This document shows, piece by piece, positions 8,240-17,870 of a DNA stretch of 64,000 nt. The notes under the pieces are model-generated. The model had not been told where the DNA came from. It did not search any database and was given only the letters and a program-made list of their open reading frames with translations. Position 1 is the first letter of the stretch; every line of letters begins with the position of its first letter. The translations under genes and the position numbers were made by a program. Source of the stretch: Actinomycetota bacterium (GTDB lineage: Bacteria > Actinomycetota > Acidimicrobiia > Acidimicrobiales > JAMDDE01); assembly GCA_023489235.1 (NCBI GenBank), contig JAMDDE010000009.1, positions 6,439 to 70,438 on the forward strand, given 5' to 3'.

Positions 8240-11062
8240 GTGTATCGTTCAATCGTGGGTGAAATTTACCTCTTGGATGGCAGCTCGTTGGCGTACAGGG
8301 CGTTCTTTGCTCTACCGCAGGAGATGCAGACTGCCTCTGGACAGATGACCAACGCGGTCTTCGGATTCACCTCTATGTTGCTCAATCTATTGAAAGATCG
8401 TCATCCAGAAGGTGTAGTAGTAGCTTTCGATCGGCCCGAGCCTACTTTCAGGGATACTATTCTTGCCGACTACAAGGCGGGGAGGCCCAAGACGCCCGAT
8501 CCTCTAGTGGAACAGATAGAGCTGATCAAGGAAGTAGTCTCTGCTTTGAGTATAGAGAGGGTAGAGCTGCCTGGTTACGAAGCAGACGACATCTTGGCTA
8601 CTTTGGCTACCATTCAGCGCGATGCGCGCCAAGCTGTAGTAGTGGTCACAGGGGACAGAGACGCCTTTCAGCTAGTAGAAGACCCCTATGTCAAGGTGCT
8701 TTACAATCGTAAGGGGGTAAGCGACTATGTACTCTACGACGAAGCGTCGATCCGGGAGCGTACAGGTGTGCTTCCCGCACAGTATCCCTTGTTGGCAGCA
8801 CTAAGAGGAGATCCATCTGACAACCTGCCAGGAGTTCCCGGCATAGGGGAGAAGACTGCAGCCAAGCTGATCAACGAATTCGGGGATATAGAGGGCATCT
8901 ATGCCAATCTGAGCAAGCTTTCCCCTAAGCTTCGACAAGCCTTGGTTGCCAATGAGGAACAGGTGCGACAGAACATGGTCGTCATACCATTAGTTCGCGA
9001 TCTTCCTCTAGGAGAGGTTCGTTTTCAGCTTGATGTATCCAAATGGGATCCTTCTAAGATCAAGGAACTCTTCAACCTCCTGGAACTACGTTCCCTTCTT
9101 GCTAGAGCCGAGGAGTTGTACAGCTTGGAAACAGGGCATGGCTTTCAGGATGGCTCCGAGGGGATGCTCGCAAGCGATGGCTCAGTAGCTACGCTGGGCC
9201 ATGAGGAAAGGGATGCTCTGGACAGTTTCGTTGCCGATCTCCCCCTCTCTCCAGCACAGGTCGTTTCTTTGTTGGACAACCTTGTTCATGTCCAGGTTCT
9301 CTCTATCCATCCGGTATGGGTAGGAGAGTCGGGCAGATCTCCATTATTGGGGGTAGCCTTGGCTACAGGAGGCGATAAGGTCGCGGGAGCAGCAGAGAAG
9401 GGGCCTGTGGCCGTCTGGATATCAGCGGAGAACCTTCGAGATTCAGCGGTGGTCTCCTCCTTGAGAGCGCTTCTCCAGGGTGAGCATCGAATCGAAATCC
9501 ACAATGGCAAGGACTTCATGCGAACAATACTGCCGATGGGCATTGACATGCGAGGTTTGGATATCGATACTTTGGTGGCATCCTACTTATTGGATCCCTC
9601 TAGGGGGGGTGACAACTTCGGAGAGCTCTTTGCCTCGTTCGATCGATCCGACAGTGCTGGAAGGGATCTGCTTTCTTCATTTCCGGAGGGAGCCAAGCAG
9701 CTCACCTTGGACCTGGTCAATCCTTCTGTTCGATCGCAGGATGATGCATCAAAGGAGACAATGGTACAAGCGGGAAGGAATGCCCTGTTGGTTCTCAAAG
9801 TCTCTCCTGTGCTTCGTGATCGGCTTCGCGAGGAAGGCATGGAAGCTCTCTACGACGATATCGAGAGACCCTTGGTCAGGGTACTTGCCAGGATGGAGGT
9901 GGTCGGAATCCGCGTCGATCGACGGTACCTGGCCGAGCTCAGTGCATCCTTGACCACGGAGGCCAGCTTACTGGAGGAGAACATCAAGCAGTTGGCCGGT
10001 GAAGACATAAACCCCAATTCACCTTCTCAGTTGCGCGAAGTGCTTTATGTCAAGCTCGGCCTTGCTCCACCTAGAAAACGCACCAAGACTGGGTATTCCA
10101 CGGACGCCGCCTCCCTAGAACGTTTGCGCGGAACTCATCCCATAATAGATGCCTTGCTCCGTTATCGTGAGGTAGACAAGCTCAGATCTACCTATGGAGA
10201 GAAGCTCATTGCAGAGATAGGGGCAGATGGACGCATACATGCTAGTTTCAATCAGACTGTGGCCAGGACGGGCAGACTGTCGTCCGATCATCCCAACTTG
10301 CACAACATACCTGTGCGTACCGAAGAAGGGCGTATGTTTCGCAAAGCATTCATTCCAGCAGACGGCTACAGCTTTCTCGTATCTGACTACAATCAAATAG
10401 AGCTCCGGGTCATTGCTCATCTATCGCAGGATCCGGGACTCTTGGAAGCATTCTCCATGGGAATGGACGTTCATCGTAATATCGCTGCTCGTGTATTCGG
10501 GATTCCTCCGAGCGAGGTGACCCCTACCCAGAGGAACAGGGCGAAGATGGTCTCTTATGGTCTGGTCTACGGCATGGAAGCATACGGCCTAGCCCAGAGG
10601 TTGGGGACCTCACAGGAAGAAGCGACAGCCATCCTAGAGGCATATTTCGCTGCCTTTCCCACGGTGAAGGACTATATGGAAAGAACAGTGGCTGAAGCTA
10701 GGGAGCTTGGCTATACGAAGACCCTATTGGGGAGGCGTCGTCCTCTACCTGAACTATCCTCCAAGGTCTACCGGGTGCGTCAGGCCGCAGAACGCCAGGC
10801 CATGAATGCTGGTACCCAGGGTCTTGCTGCAGATATATTCAAGATTGCCCTGGTTCGCCTTGACCAAGTTCTGGAGGAGCGCGGTTGCGCCTCGAGGATC
10901 GTCCTCCAGGTGCACGATGAGATCATCGTAGAAGTAGCCAACGGGGAGGAGGAACTTGTTCAAGGAATCACTAAGGATACCATGGAAAATGCATTCGAAA
11001 TGAGCGTACCCTTGGAGGTGGAAATGTCCTGGGGACAGAGTTGGGCAGATGCAAAAGGATGA
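8240..11062 (+). CDS. polA: DNA polymerase I
   Basis: LLDGSSLAYRAFFA, YEADD and GDPSDNLPGVPGIGEKTA 5'-3' exonuclease motifs; TGRLSS, DYNQIELR and LQVHDE polymerase motifs. Confidence 0.98.
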   Translation: MYRSIVGEIYLLDGSSLAYRAFFALPQEMQTASGQMTNAVFGFTSMLLNLLKDRHPEGVVVAFDRPEPTFRDTILADYKAGRPKTPDPLVEQIELIKEVVSALSIERVELPGYEADDILATLATIQRDARQAVVVVTGDRDAFQLVEDPYVKVLYNRKGVSDYVLYDEASIRERTGVLPAQYPLLAALRGDPSDNLPGVPGIGEKTAAKLINEFGDIEGIYANLSKLSPKLRQALVANEEQVRQNMVVIPLVRDLPLGEVRFQLDVSKWDPSKIKELFNLLELRSLLARAEELYSLETGHGFQDGSEGMLASDGSVATLGHEERDALDSFVADLPLSPAQVVSLLDNLVHVQVLSIHPVWVGESGRSPLLGVALATGGDKVAGAAEKGPVAVWISAENLRDSAVVSSLRALLQGEHRIEIHNGKDFMRTILPMGIDMRGLDIDTLVASYLLDPSRGGDNFGELFASFDRSDSAGRDLLSSFPEGAKQLTLDLVNPSVRSQDDASKETMVQAGRNALLVLKVSPVLRDRLREEGMEALYDDIERPLVRVLARMEVVGIRVDRRYLAELSASLTTEASLLEENIKQLAGEDINPNSPSQLREVLYVKLGLAPPRKRTKTGYSTDAASLERLRGTHPIIDALLRYREVDKLRSTYGEKLIAEIGADGRIHASFNQTVARTGRLSSDHPNLHNIPVRTEEGRMFRKAFIPADGYSFLVSDYNQIELRVIAHLSQDPGLLEAFSMGMDVHRNIAARVFGIPPSEVTPTQRNRAKMVSYGLVYGMEAYGLAQRLGTSQEEATAILEAYFAAFPTVKDYMERTVAEARELGYTKTLLGRRRPLPELSSKVYRVRQAAERQAMNAGTQGLAADIFKIALVRLDQVLEERGCASRIVLQVHDEIIVEVANGEEELVQGITKDTMENAFEMSVPLEVEMSWGQSWADAKG

Positions 11063-11220
11063 AGGAGTGTGCGGTTTGTCCAGATGCTTAATTGTTGGGC
11101 TTGTTCAGATGATACGATGGCATAGTCCTAGCGATTGCCCGCTGGGAGCGTCCGTAGCCCGCTATGGGATAATAAGGACGCCCGGTCATCAAAGTCAACA
11201 AGGAAGCGATTGATTCATCC

Positions 11221-12834
11221 ATGCAAGATCTCAAGAATACTGCTGAAAGAGGGTCTGAGGAAGTCGGTGCAATCCGACAGCAGCGAGACGTTCTGCCCTC
11301 TGAACCAACTCAGGACACAAGAACAACTTCTGAGTCAGCAGCCAGCATGGCTAGCATGGGGACATTTGACGAAGCAGGAAGGTACGTTCCTAGGGTGGTA
11401 ACCGAGGACGACCTCGATGGGCTCTCTATGGAGGAGGCCATCGATAGTACCATGATCAGTTTCGATGACGGCGACATCGTCACCGGAACCGTTGTGCGAG
11501 TGGACAAGGACGAAGTCCTGTTGGATATTGGTTACAAGTCCGAAGGGGTAATTCCAGCTAGGGAACTGTCCATTCGTCACGATGCGCTTCCCTCGGATGT
11601 AGTGCAGGTAGGCGACAAGGTCGAAGCTTTGGTTCTCCAGAAGGAGGACAAAGAGGGACGTCTTGTTCTCTCCAAGAAACGGGCTCAGTACGAACGTGCC
11701 TGGGGAGAGATAGAGAAGGTGAAGGCAGCGGGGGGCGTTGTGAGGGGCCCGGTTATCGAGGTAGTGAAGGGCGGTCTCATCGTCGACATAGGATTACGCG
11801 GTTTTCTGCCAGCTTCGTTAGTGGAGTTGCGTCGAGTAAGGGAACTGCAGCCCTACATAGGTAAGCAGATCGAGGCTAAGATCATCGAGCTGGACAAACA
11901 TCGGAACAACGTTGTGCTCTCCAGGCGAGCCTTCCTGGAGGAGTCGCAACGAGAGCAGCGCAACGAGTTCCTTCTCAATTTGAAGCCAGGTGAGCGCAGG
12001 CGCGGTCGGGTTTCTTCTGTGGTCAACTTTGGAGTTTTCGTCGATCTAGGAGGGATGGACGGGTTAGTTCATGTATCGGAGCTCTCCTGGAAGCATGTGG
12101 ATCACCCATCCTCAGTTGTCTCGGTTGGGGACGAAATAGAGGTTGAGATCCTCGACGTCGACCTCGACAAGGAGCGCATAAGTCTTTCCTTGAAGGCCAC
12201 CTTGTCCGATCCGTGGCGAGAGTTTGCAAGGACTCACCAGGTAGGCGAGCTTGTTTACGGGAGAATAACCAAGCTGGTACCTTTCGGAGCCTTTGTCCAA
12301 GTGGGCGAGGGCATAGAAGGACTGGTGCACATATCCGAGATGGCAGTGCACCATGTAGACCTTCCCGAGCAGGTAGTCAGCGTTGGTGAAGAGTTGTGGG
12401 TGAAGATCATAGACATAGATCTTCAGCGGAGAAGGATCAGTCTTTCCATAAAACAAGCTGCGGAAGGGGGAGAGGTTGCCGAAGAGTACAGAGAGGCCTT
12501 TGGCGAACACGCCTATGACGAGTACGGCAATTACATCGGTGCCTACAGCTATTCCGTGGAAGATTTCACTCCTGAGACAGAGGCACAGGCTGCCTGGGCT
12601 GAGTATGTGGCCGAACAGTCAGGGTTGGCATTGTCGAGTACCTCTGGTATCGGCGGTACCGACACCCCAGAGGAGGGCGAATCCCCAGAGGATACTTATC
12701 CCCCGAGCAGATCGAATGACCAGACAAGTGAGATTGGTGCAAGCCATGAAGGCGAAGACGCTCAGCTAGGGGCTGACATGGAAGCTATGCATACGGTCGA
12801 ATCTGCAGAGGAGACGCCTGATAGCAGTTCTTAG
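11221..12834 (+). CDS. rpsA: 30S ribosomal protein S1
   Basis: Four S1 domains (LLDIGYKSEG, RGFLPASLV, DGLVHVSELSW, EGLVHISE); acidic tail; follows polA. Confidence 0.97.
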   Translation: MQDLKNTAERGSEEVGAIRQQRDVLPSEPTQDTRTTSESAASMASMGTFDEAGRYVPRVVTEDDLDGLSMEEAIDSTMISFDDGDIVTGTVVRVDKDEVLLDIGYKSEGVIPARELSIRHDALPSDVVQVGDKVEALVLQKEDKEGRLVLSKKRAQYERAWGEIEKVKAAGGVVRGPVIEVVKGGLIVDIGLRGFLPASLVELRRVRELQPYIGKQIEAKIIELDKHRNNVVLSRRAFLEESQREQRNEFLLNLKPGERRRGRVSSVVNFGVFVDLGGMDGLVHVSELSWKHVDHPSSVVSVGDEIEVEILDVDLDKERISLSLKATLSDPWREFARTHQVGELVYGRITKLVPFGAFVQVGEGIEGLVHISEMAVHHVDLPEQVVSVGEELWVKIIDIDLQRRRISLSIKQAAEGGEVAEEYREAFGEHAYDEYGNYIGAYSYSVEDFTPETEAQAAWAEYVAEQSGLALSSTSGIGGTDTPEEGESPEDTYPPSRSNDQTSEIGASHEGEDAQLGADMEAMHTVESAEETPDSSS

Positions 12835-14491
12835 AACGGGCCAAGAAGCGGAGGTAACAGCTTCGAGGGTTGTCCGGTTTGCCGTAGGGCTACTAATCGT
12901 TGTTGCCGTCGTACTCAGGTTCTGGACAAGATCGGATCTCTGGCTCGATGAGGCCTTAACTGTCAACATAGCTCATCTGCCGTTGGCGAAGATCCCTCAT
13001 GCTCTTTCTAGAGATGGGGCTCCGCCCCTCTTCTATGTGATGCTCCATTTTTGGATGGAGCTGTTTGGCTCTTCCGATATAGCTGTACGGTCCCTATCGG
13101 GGCTTATTGGAGTGGCCACCCTACCTGTGGCGTGGCTAGCAGGAAAGCGAGTAGGGGGTCGTTCAACAGCTTGGGCAGCACTGGTCATTACGGCTGTGTC
13201 TCCCTTCGACATCTATTACTCCACTGAAGTGCGTATGTACTCCTTGGTGGTATTGTTGAGCGGACTTTTGTTGCTAGCTGTATGCCGTGCCTTGGAAAAT
13301 CCCTCTCCGTTGCGGCTTTTCTGGGTGGCCCTGTTCACTGCAGCTCTTCTGTACACCCACTATTGGAGCTTGTACCTAATGGCCGTTGTTGTCCTGTTGT
13401 TGGCCTTCTTGGCTTATTTCAGGCCCGAGGCAAGAGAGTATCGATATGTCCTCGCCGCTGTGGTAGTAGGTGCTTTGAGCTTCCTGCCGTGGTTCCCCAT
13501 CTTTGTTTTCCAGGCGAGGCATACAGGTACCCCTTGGGCGTATCCAGGCACTCTCAGTTCGGTTGTGCATGCACTGAGCGAGTTTGCAGGGGGTGCCATT
13601 CCTATATCGAGCTCCCCTTTGCATCGCGTGGATGCATTCTTGCTATTCGACCTGGCTATCTTAGCCGTACTTGGTTTCAGCATCGGATACGGTCAAGCTC
13701 GTTTGGATCGCACGAAGCGCCGAAGCGCCTTCATTCTTGGAGCGGTGGTTACGGCTACTCTCGGGTTAGCGCTCATTGGAAGCAGGATCTCTGACAGTGC
13801 CTATGCCTCCAGGTATGCTGCAGTAGTTTACTTATTTTATGTGCTACTAGCCGGATTGGGGGTTAGCTTGATTGCCAACTCCACGACTAGGATGGTGATG
13901 TTAACCTCCATTGCTGTATTGGGCATCATAGGAAGCGTGCCCAATGTGTACACCAATCGAACTGAAGCCGGACGTACCGCGGCTATCATCAAAGCTCATA
14001 TTAGCAAGGGAGATGTCGTAGGGTACTGTCCTGATCAGCTTGGTCCCGCAGTGGCCAGGCTCCTTCCCTCGCACGAGCTACTTCAACTCACTTTTCCACG
14101 AGGTACCTCTCCTCAGTTCGTCGACTGGGTCAACTATGCACAACACATAAAGAAAGCCCATGCCTCATCCTTTGCTCATAGAATGGAAGAACTGGCCTCT
14201 GGTGGTCATACCATATGGTTTGTGTGGGCGCCGGGTTATCGCCACTTTGACAATAAGTGCCATCAGATTTCCAAATACATCGGGCAAGATAGAGCATATA
14301 CTGCTAAAGAAGTCCTGAAGTTCCAACCACAACGATACTTCGAGCCCGACATAGTCATGGAGTATGTACCGCGTCAATCGGTTGCAGCACCAAGCCTAAC
14401 CGTTGCAGGGGCGCGTTGGCCTGCTGCAGGGAGAGACTCATCTACCTCGGAGAGGAGCCTGACTGTCGCAGAGAAAGATTTTCGTAAATGA
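12818..14491 (+). CDS. GT-C (GT39/PMT-like) membrane glycosyltransferase with a probable non-canonical start
   Basis: Frame is open from 12770; TM1 and the LWLDE motif lie upstream of the tracked TTG at 12983; DGAPPLFY, EVRMYS and YTHYW motifs. Start at CTG 12818 (or ATA 12821) is inferred. Confidence 0.8.
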   Translation: MIAVLRTGQEAEVTASRVVRFAVGLLIVVAVVLRFWTRSDLWLDEALTVNIAHLPLAKIPHALSRDGAPPLFYVMLHFWMELFGSSDIAVRSLSGLIGVATLPVAWLAGKRVGGRSTAWAALVITAVSPFDIYYSTEVRMYSLVVLLSGLLLLAVCRALENPSPLRLFWVALFTAALLYTHYWSLYLMAVVVLLLAFLAYFRPEAREYRYVLAAVVVGALSFLPWFPIFVFQARHTGTPWAYPGTLSSVVHALSEFAGGAIPISSSPLHRVDAFLLFDLAILAVLGFSIGYGQARLDRTKRRSAFILGAVVTATLGLALIGSRISDSAYASRYAAVVYLFYVLLAGLGVSLIANSTTRMVMLTSIAVLGIIGSVPNVYTNRTEAGRTAAIIKAHISKGDVVGYCPDQLGPAVARLLPSHELLQLTFPRGTSPQFVDWVNYAQHIKKAHASSFAHRMEELASGGHTIWFVWAPGYRHFDNKCHQISKYIGQDRAYTAKEVLKFQPQRYFEPDIVMEYVPRQSVAAPSLTVAGARWPAAGRDSSTSERSLTVAEKDFRK

Positions 14492-15996
14492 TGATGCGTC
14501 TGGACAAGGGCTTAATGGAAGGCGATAAGCAGGTGGTGATAGTTGGAGCAGGTCCAGCTGGGCTCACAGCTGCTTATGAACTATGCAAAGTATCCGTACC
14601 CGTTACGGTGTTCGAAGCGGACGAGGTAGTAGGAGGACTGAGTCGTACTGTTGAGCGAAATGGGTTCCGCTTCGACATAGGGGGGCATCGATTCTTCACT
14701 AAGGTGGAGAGAGTACAGAGTATATGGCGGGAGTGGTTGTCCGAGGATGAGTTTCCCATAAGGAAGCGCTTGAGCCGTATTTACTACAATGGGCATTTTT
14801 TCGACTATCCTCTCCGGTGGTCCAATGCCCTATCTGGCCTGGGGTTTATAGAAGCACTCCGTTGTCTGGGATCTTACTTGTGGGTCAAGTTAAGGCCGCC
14901 TATCGATCGCGACAGCTATGAAAGTTGGGTGGCCTCTCGATTTGGATGGCGGTTGTACAACATTTTCTTCGCTCAATATACCGAGAAGGTATGGGGAGTA
15001 CCAGGATCAGCTATAACCGCTGATTGGGCAGTTCAGCGTATTCGAGGACTATCACTCGGCAAGGCCGTGTTGTCCTCGATAGTTAGTAAGCTCCCAGGAG
15101 TTGATCTAATGACAGAACCTAGCTTGATCCATCAATTTCGCTATCCGCTCTATGGTCCCGGCATGATGTGGGAGCGCGCTTCTCAGCGAGTGATGCAGAT
15201 GGGTGGAAATCTTGTTTGTGGTGCCCGGGTAGTGCGCATTGACCATGAAGATGGCTTGGCCAATCACGTAGTAGCCATTTACAATGGTGAAGTCCTCTCT
15301 TGTCCGGCGAGAGCGGTCATCTCCTCTATGCCTATAGCCGAGCTGCTTCATGTAATGCAGCCGCCACCACCTCCTGAAGTACTAGAGGCAGCTGACGGCC
15401 TACATCATCGTGACTTTCTGACCGTAGCGTTGGTGGTACCTGAATCAGTTGGATTTCCGGACAACTGGATATACGTTCACGATCCTACAGTACTGGTGGG
15501 TCGTATCCAGAACTATAGATCCTGGTCGGAACATATGGCCCCAGCGGGGAAGACCTGTCTTGGCTTAGAGTACTTCGTCAATGCCGGAGAAGGAATCTGG
15601 AACATGAGCGATGAAGAGCTGGTAGAGCTGGGCAAATTAGAATTAGCTGCTCTTGGCATAGTTAAAGGGCATGAGGTCGAGGGTGGCTATGTGGTCCGAG
15701 TTCCAAAGGCGTACCCTCTCTACGATTCCAAATACCACTACAACCTGGAGATATGCAAACAGTGGATTGCCCATCATGCATCGAACGTGTTTCCTGTAGG
15801 CAGGAATGGGATGCATCGCTACAACAACCAGGACCACTCCATGCTTACGGGTGTATTAGCCGCAGAGTGCGTAATGGGTGCCAGGCACGACCTGTGGTCG
15901 GTAAACGTGGAGCGCAGCTATCATGAGGATGGTAGTGAGCCCCTGCTCGTTAGAGAACCAGTCAAAGAGGATAGCTGGATGACCTCCCATATCTGA
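14488..15996 (+). CDS. FAD-dependent oxidoreductase, UDP-galactopyranose mutase/protoporphyrinogen oxidase-like
   Basis: GAGPAGL, FDIGGHRFF, DNWIY and GRNGMHRYNNQDHSM; lies in the glycosylation cluster. Confidence 0.85.
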   Translation: MMMRLDKGLMEGDKQVVIVGAGPAGLTAAYELCKVSVPVTVFEADEVVGGLSRTVERNGFRFDIGGHRFFTKVERVQSIWREWLSEDEFPIRKRLSRIYYNGHFFDYPLRWSNALSGLGFIEALRCLGSYLWVKLRPPIDRDSYESWVASRFGWRLYNIFFAQYTEKVWGVPGSAITADWAVQRIRGLSLGKAVLSSIVSKLPGVDLMTEPSLIHQFRYPLYGPGMMWERASQRVMQMGGNLVCGARVVRIDHEDGLANHVVAIYNGEVLSCPARAVISSMPIAELLHVMQPPPPPEVLEAADGLHHRDFLTVALVVPESVGFPDNWIYVHDPTVLVGRIQNYRSWSEHMAPAGKTCLGLEYFVNAGEGIWNMSDEELVELGKLELAALGIVKGHEVEGGYVVRVPKAYPLYDSKYHYNLEICKQWIAHHASNVFPVGRNGMHRYNNQDHSMLTGVLAAECVMGARHDLWSVNVERSYHEDGSEPLLVREPVKEDSWMTSHI

Positions 15997-16003
15997 GCTG
16001 CTA

Positions 16004-16043
16004 CCATCTCGGTTTACTCTGCCCATCTCGGTTTACTCTGCCC
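16004..16043. repeat. 19-bp tandem duplication
   Basis: CCATCTCGGTTTACTCTGC x2. Confidence 0.9.
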
Positions 16044-16268
16044 AAACCTATAGCTTATGCATGTGAAAGATCTAAATGGATACCTGTCGCACATGTTTTG
16101 CCTTCTGCATCTTGCAATCATCTTGGCTGACCGTCCAAAGCGTTCATGGCAACAAGTTCATGGCAACATAAGGGGAGGTGTATATAAACTGGCGTGCTAG
16201 CTATAGTTTGAGGAATCATATAAGTATAGTTAACAATTGCGAAAGAACTAGGGGAGCATAGCGATAAG

Positions 16269-17864
16269 GTGCATGCAGACGAAGGCGCGGACCAAAGTGT
16301 AGTCGAGTCCAGTGATGCCTTGACTGCAATGGCGCTCCTGCCCACAGGAGGTGGTCCTCTGCTCGGGCCGGAACCCGTCTCTTCAGGTCCACTCATGAAG
16401 TATCGATGGGAAGGACAAAGCGAGTCACTTGTCAGTGGGCTACGCAGGGCTAGTCCTTTGGCAATTGCTGGAGTGCTTGTCAATGGGGCAAACGTTTTGG
16501 TGACACTAGCCGTAGCTCGCTTGTTGACGCCAAGACAGTATGGAAGTCTTGTAGACCTTCTTGGCATTTTCTTAGTGATCTCCATGCCTGGTTCTGCAGT
16601 TGTGGTAGGCGTAGTCAGGAAGGTAACGGCCTGGTTGGCCCAGGGAGAACTGGGTGCGGTGATCAAGTGGTTAAGGCGTGTTCGTTGGGTGGTCACCATG
16701 GTGTTCCTGTTGATACTGCTGGGCAGTTGGTCAAGTCAGTCCATTCTCGCCAGGTTGCTTGGGCTGCCGGATCCAGCAGGGGTAGTGGCAATACTCGGAG
16801 CAGGTGGAGTATGGCTGGTGCTTTCAGTAGAGCGGGGTATCATCCAGTCGAATCACTCTTATGGCAAACTGGCGAGCAACTTAGCGGTCGAGGGTGGAGC
16901 GAGGACAACACTGACGCTTGGCCTAGTGGCTGGCGGTCTGGGAGTTGGTGGTGCTGCATTGGGGCTATTCCTTGCTGAGACCATGGCAACCTTGCATGCC
17001 AAATGGTTGGTCAACTCGGTTAAGTCTGACTTGACGAAGAACTTGCATGAGCACCCAAACAAGACAATGCCATCCACCCTACTCTTGCCCATGGCTTACT
17101 CTCCGGCCAACCAACAGGCAACTGTCAAGGCTCGATCTGATAACCAAACCTTGAGAGCAACTCCTTCGTCTCCTACCCTCCCCTCTCCCTTGTCACCTCC
17201 TTCGCCTCCCTCCCCTTTGGTCAGTCAGAGAGTACCTGCCACTAGGAGATGGGAGTTCGCCATCGACCTTACTGTTGCCCTCTCCTCTTTGGCCCTCCTT
17301 GCCTTCCTGCAGAATGTGGATGTGATGGTTGTCGGTAGAGAAGATCCTCGCAATGCCGGCCCCTATGCGGCAATATCGGTCATGAGCAAGGCATTGGTCT
17401 TCGGGGCAGTAGCCCTAGGAGGATTTCTCCTTCCTGAAGCAGCTGCTGGGGCGCATCATGGGCGGCCTGCAGTGAAACAGCTTCTTGTCGTCCTAAGTTT
17501 TCTAGCGATTCCAGCAGTGAGTCTGTTGATCCTGGCATTGGTGTTCTCCAAGGAGGCACTAGCTCTGCTTTTCGGGAGTGGCCTAGAAGCCGGGAGTGGA
17601 TATTTTGCCGCTCTAGCTGCTGCCATGGTGTGTCTGAGCATAACTGTGTTGCTAACTAATTACTTGTTAGGGGTCGGGTGGAGATGGGTGGTGATACTCC
17701 TTGGCGCGGCAGCTGGATGTGCGTTTTTTCTGTTGTCCAAGGGAGGTGGACACTTCCAACCAACGGTTACCTTCGATTTGTTAGTGCAGGCAGGACTTGC
17801 TGTAGCGTTGATAGCGGTGTTCCTTGTCATCCACTTTGTCGGCTACCCCTACCGTGTAGCGTAA
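16269..17864 (+). CDS. Polysaccharide flippase-like (Wzx/MATE) membrane protein
   Basis: About 12 hydrophobic segments, ARLLTPRQYG and NVDVMVV...AGPYAA motifs; Pro/Ser-rich central loop; start uncertain. Confidence 0.75.
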   Translation: MHADEGADQSVVESSDALTAMALLPTGGGPLLGPEPVSSGPLMKYRWEGQSESLVSGLRRASPLAIAGVLVNGANVLVTLAVARLLTPRQYGSLVDLLGIFLVISMPGSAVVVGVVRKVTAWLAQGELGAVIKWLRRVRWVVTMVFLLILLGSWSSQSILARLLGLPDPAGVVAILGAGGVWLVLSVERGIIQSNHSYGKLASNLAVEGGARTTLTLGLVAGGLGVGGAALGLFLAETMATLHAKWLVNSVKSDLTKNLHEHPNKTMPSTLLLPMAYSPANQQATVKARSDNQTLRATPSSPTLPSPLSPPSPPSPLVSQRVPATRRWEFAIDLTVALSSLALLAFLQNVDVMVVGREDPRNAGPYAAISVMSKALVFGAVALGGFLLPEAAAGAHHGRPAVKQLLVVLSFLAIPAVSLLILALVFSKEALALLFGSGLEAGSGYFAALAAAMVCLSITVLLTNYLLGVGWRWVVILLGAAAGCAFFLLSKGGGHFQPTVTFDLLVQAGLAVALIAVFLVIHFVGYPYRVA

Positions 17865-17870
17865 GTTCAA

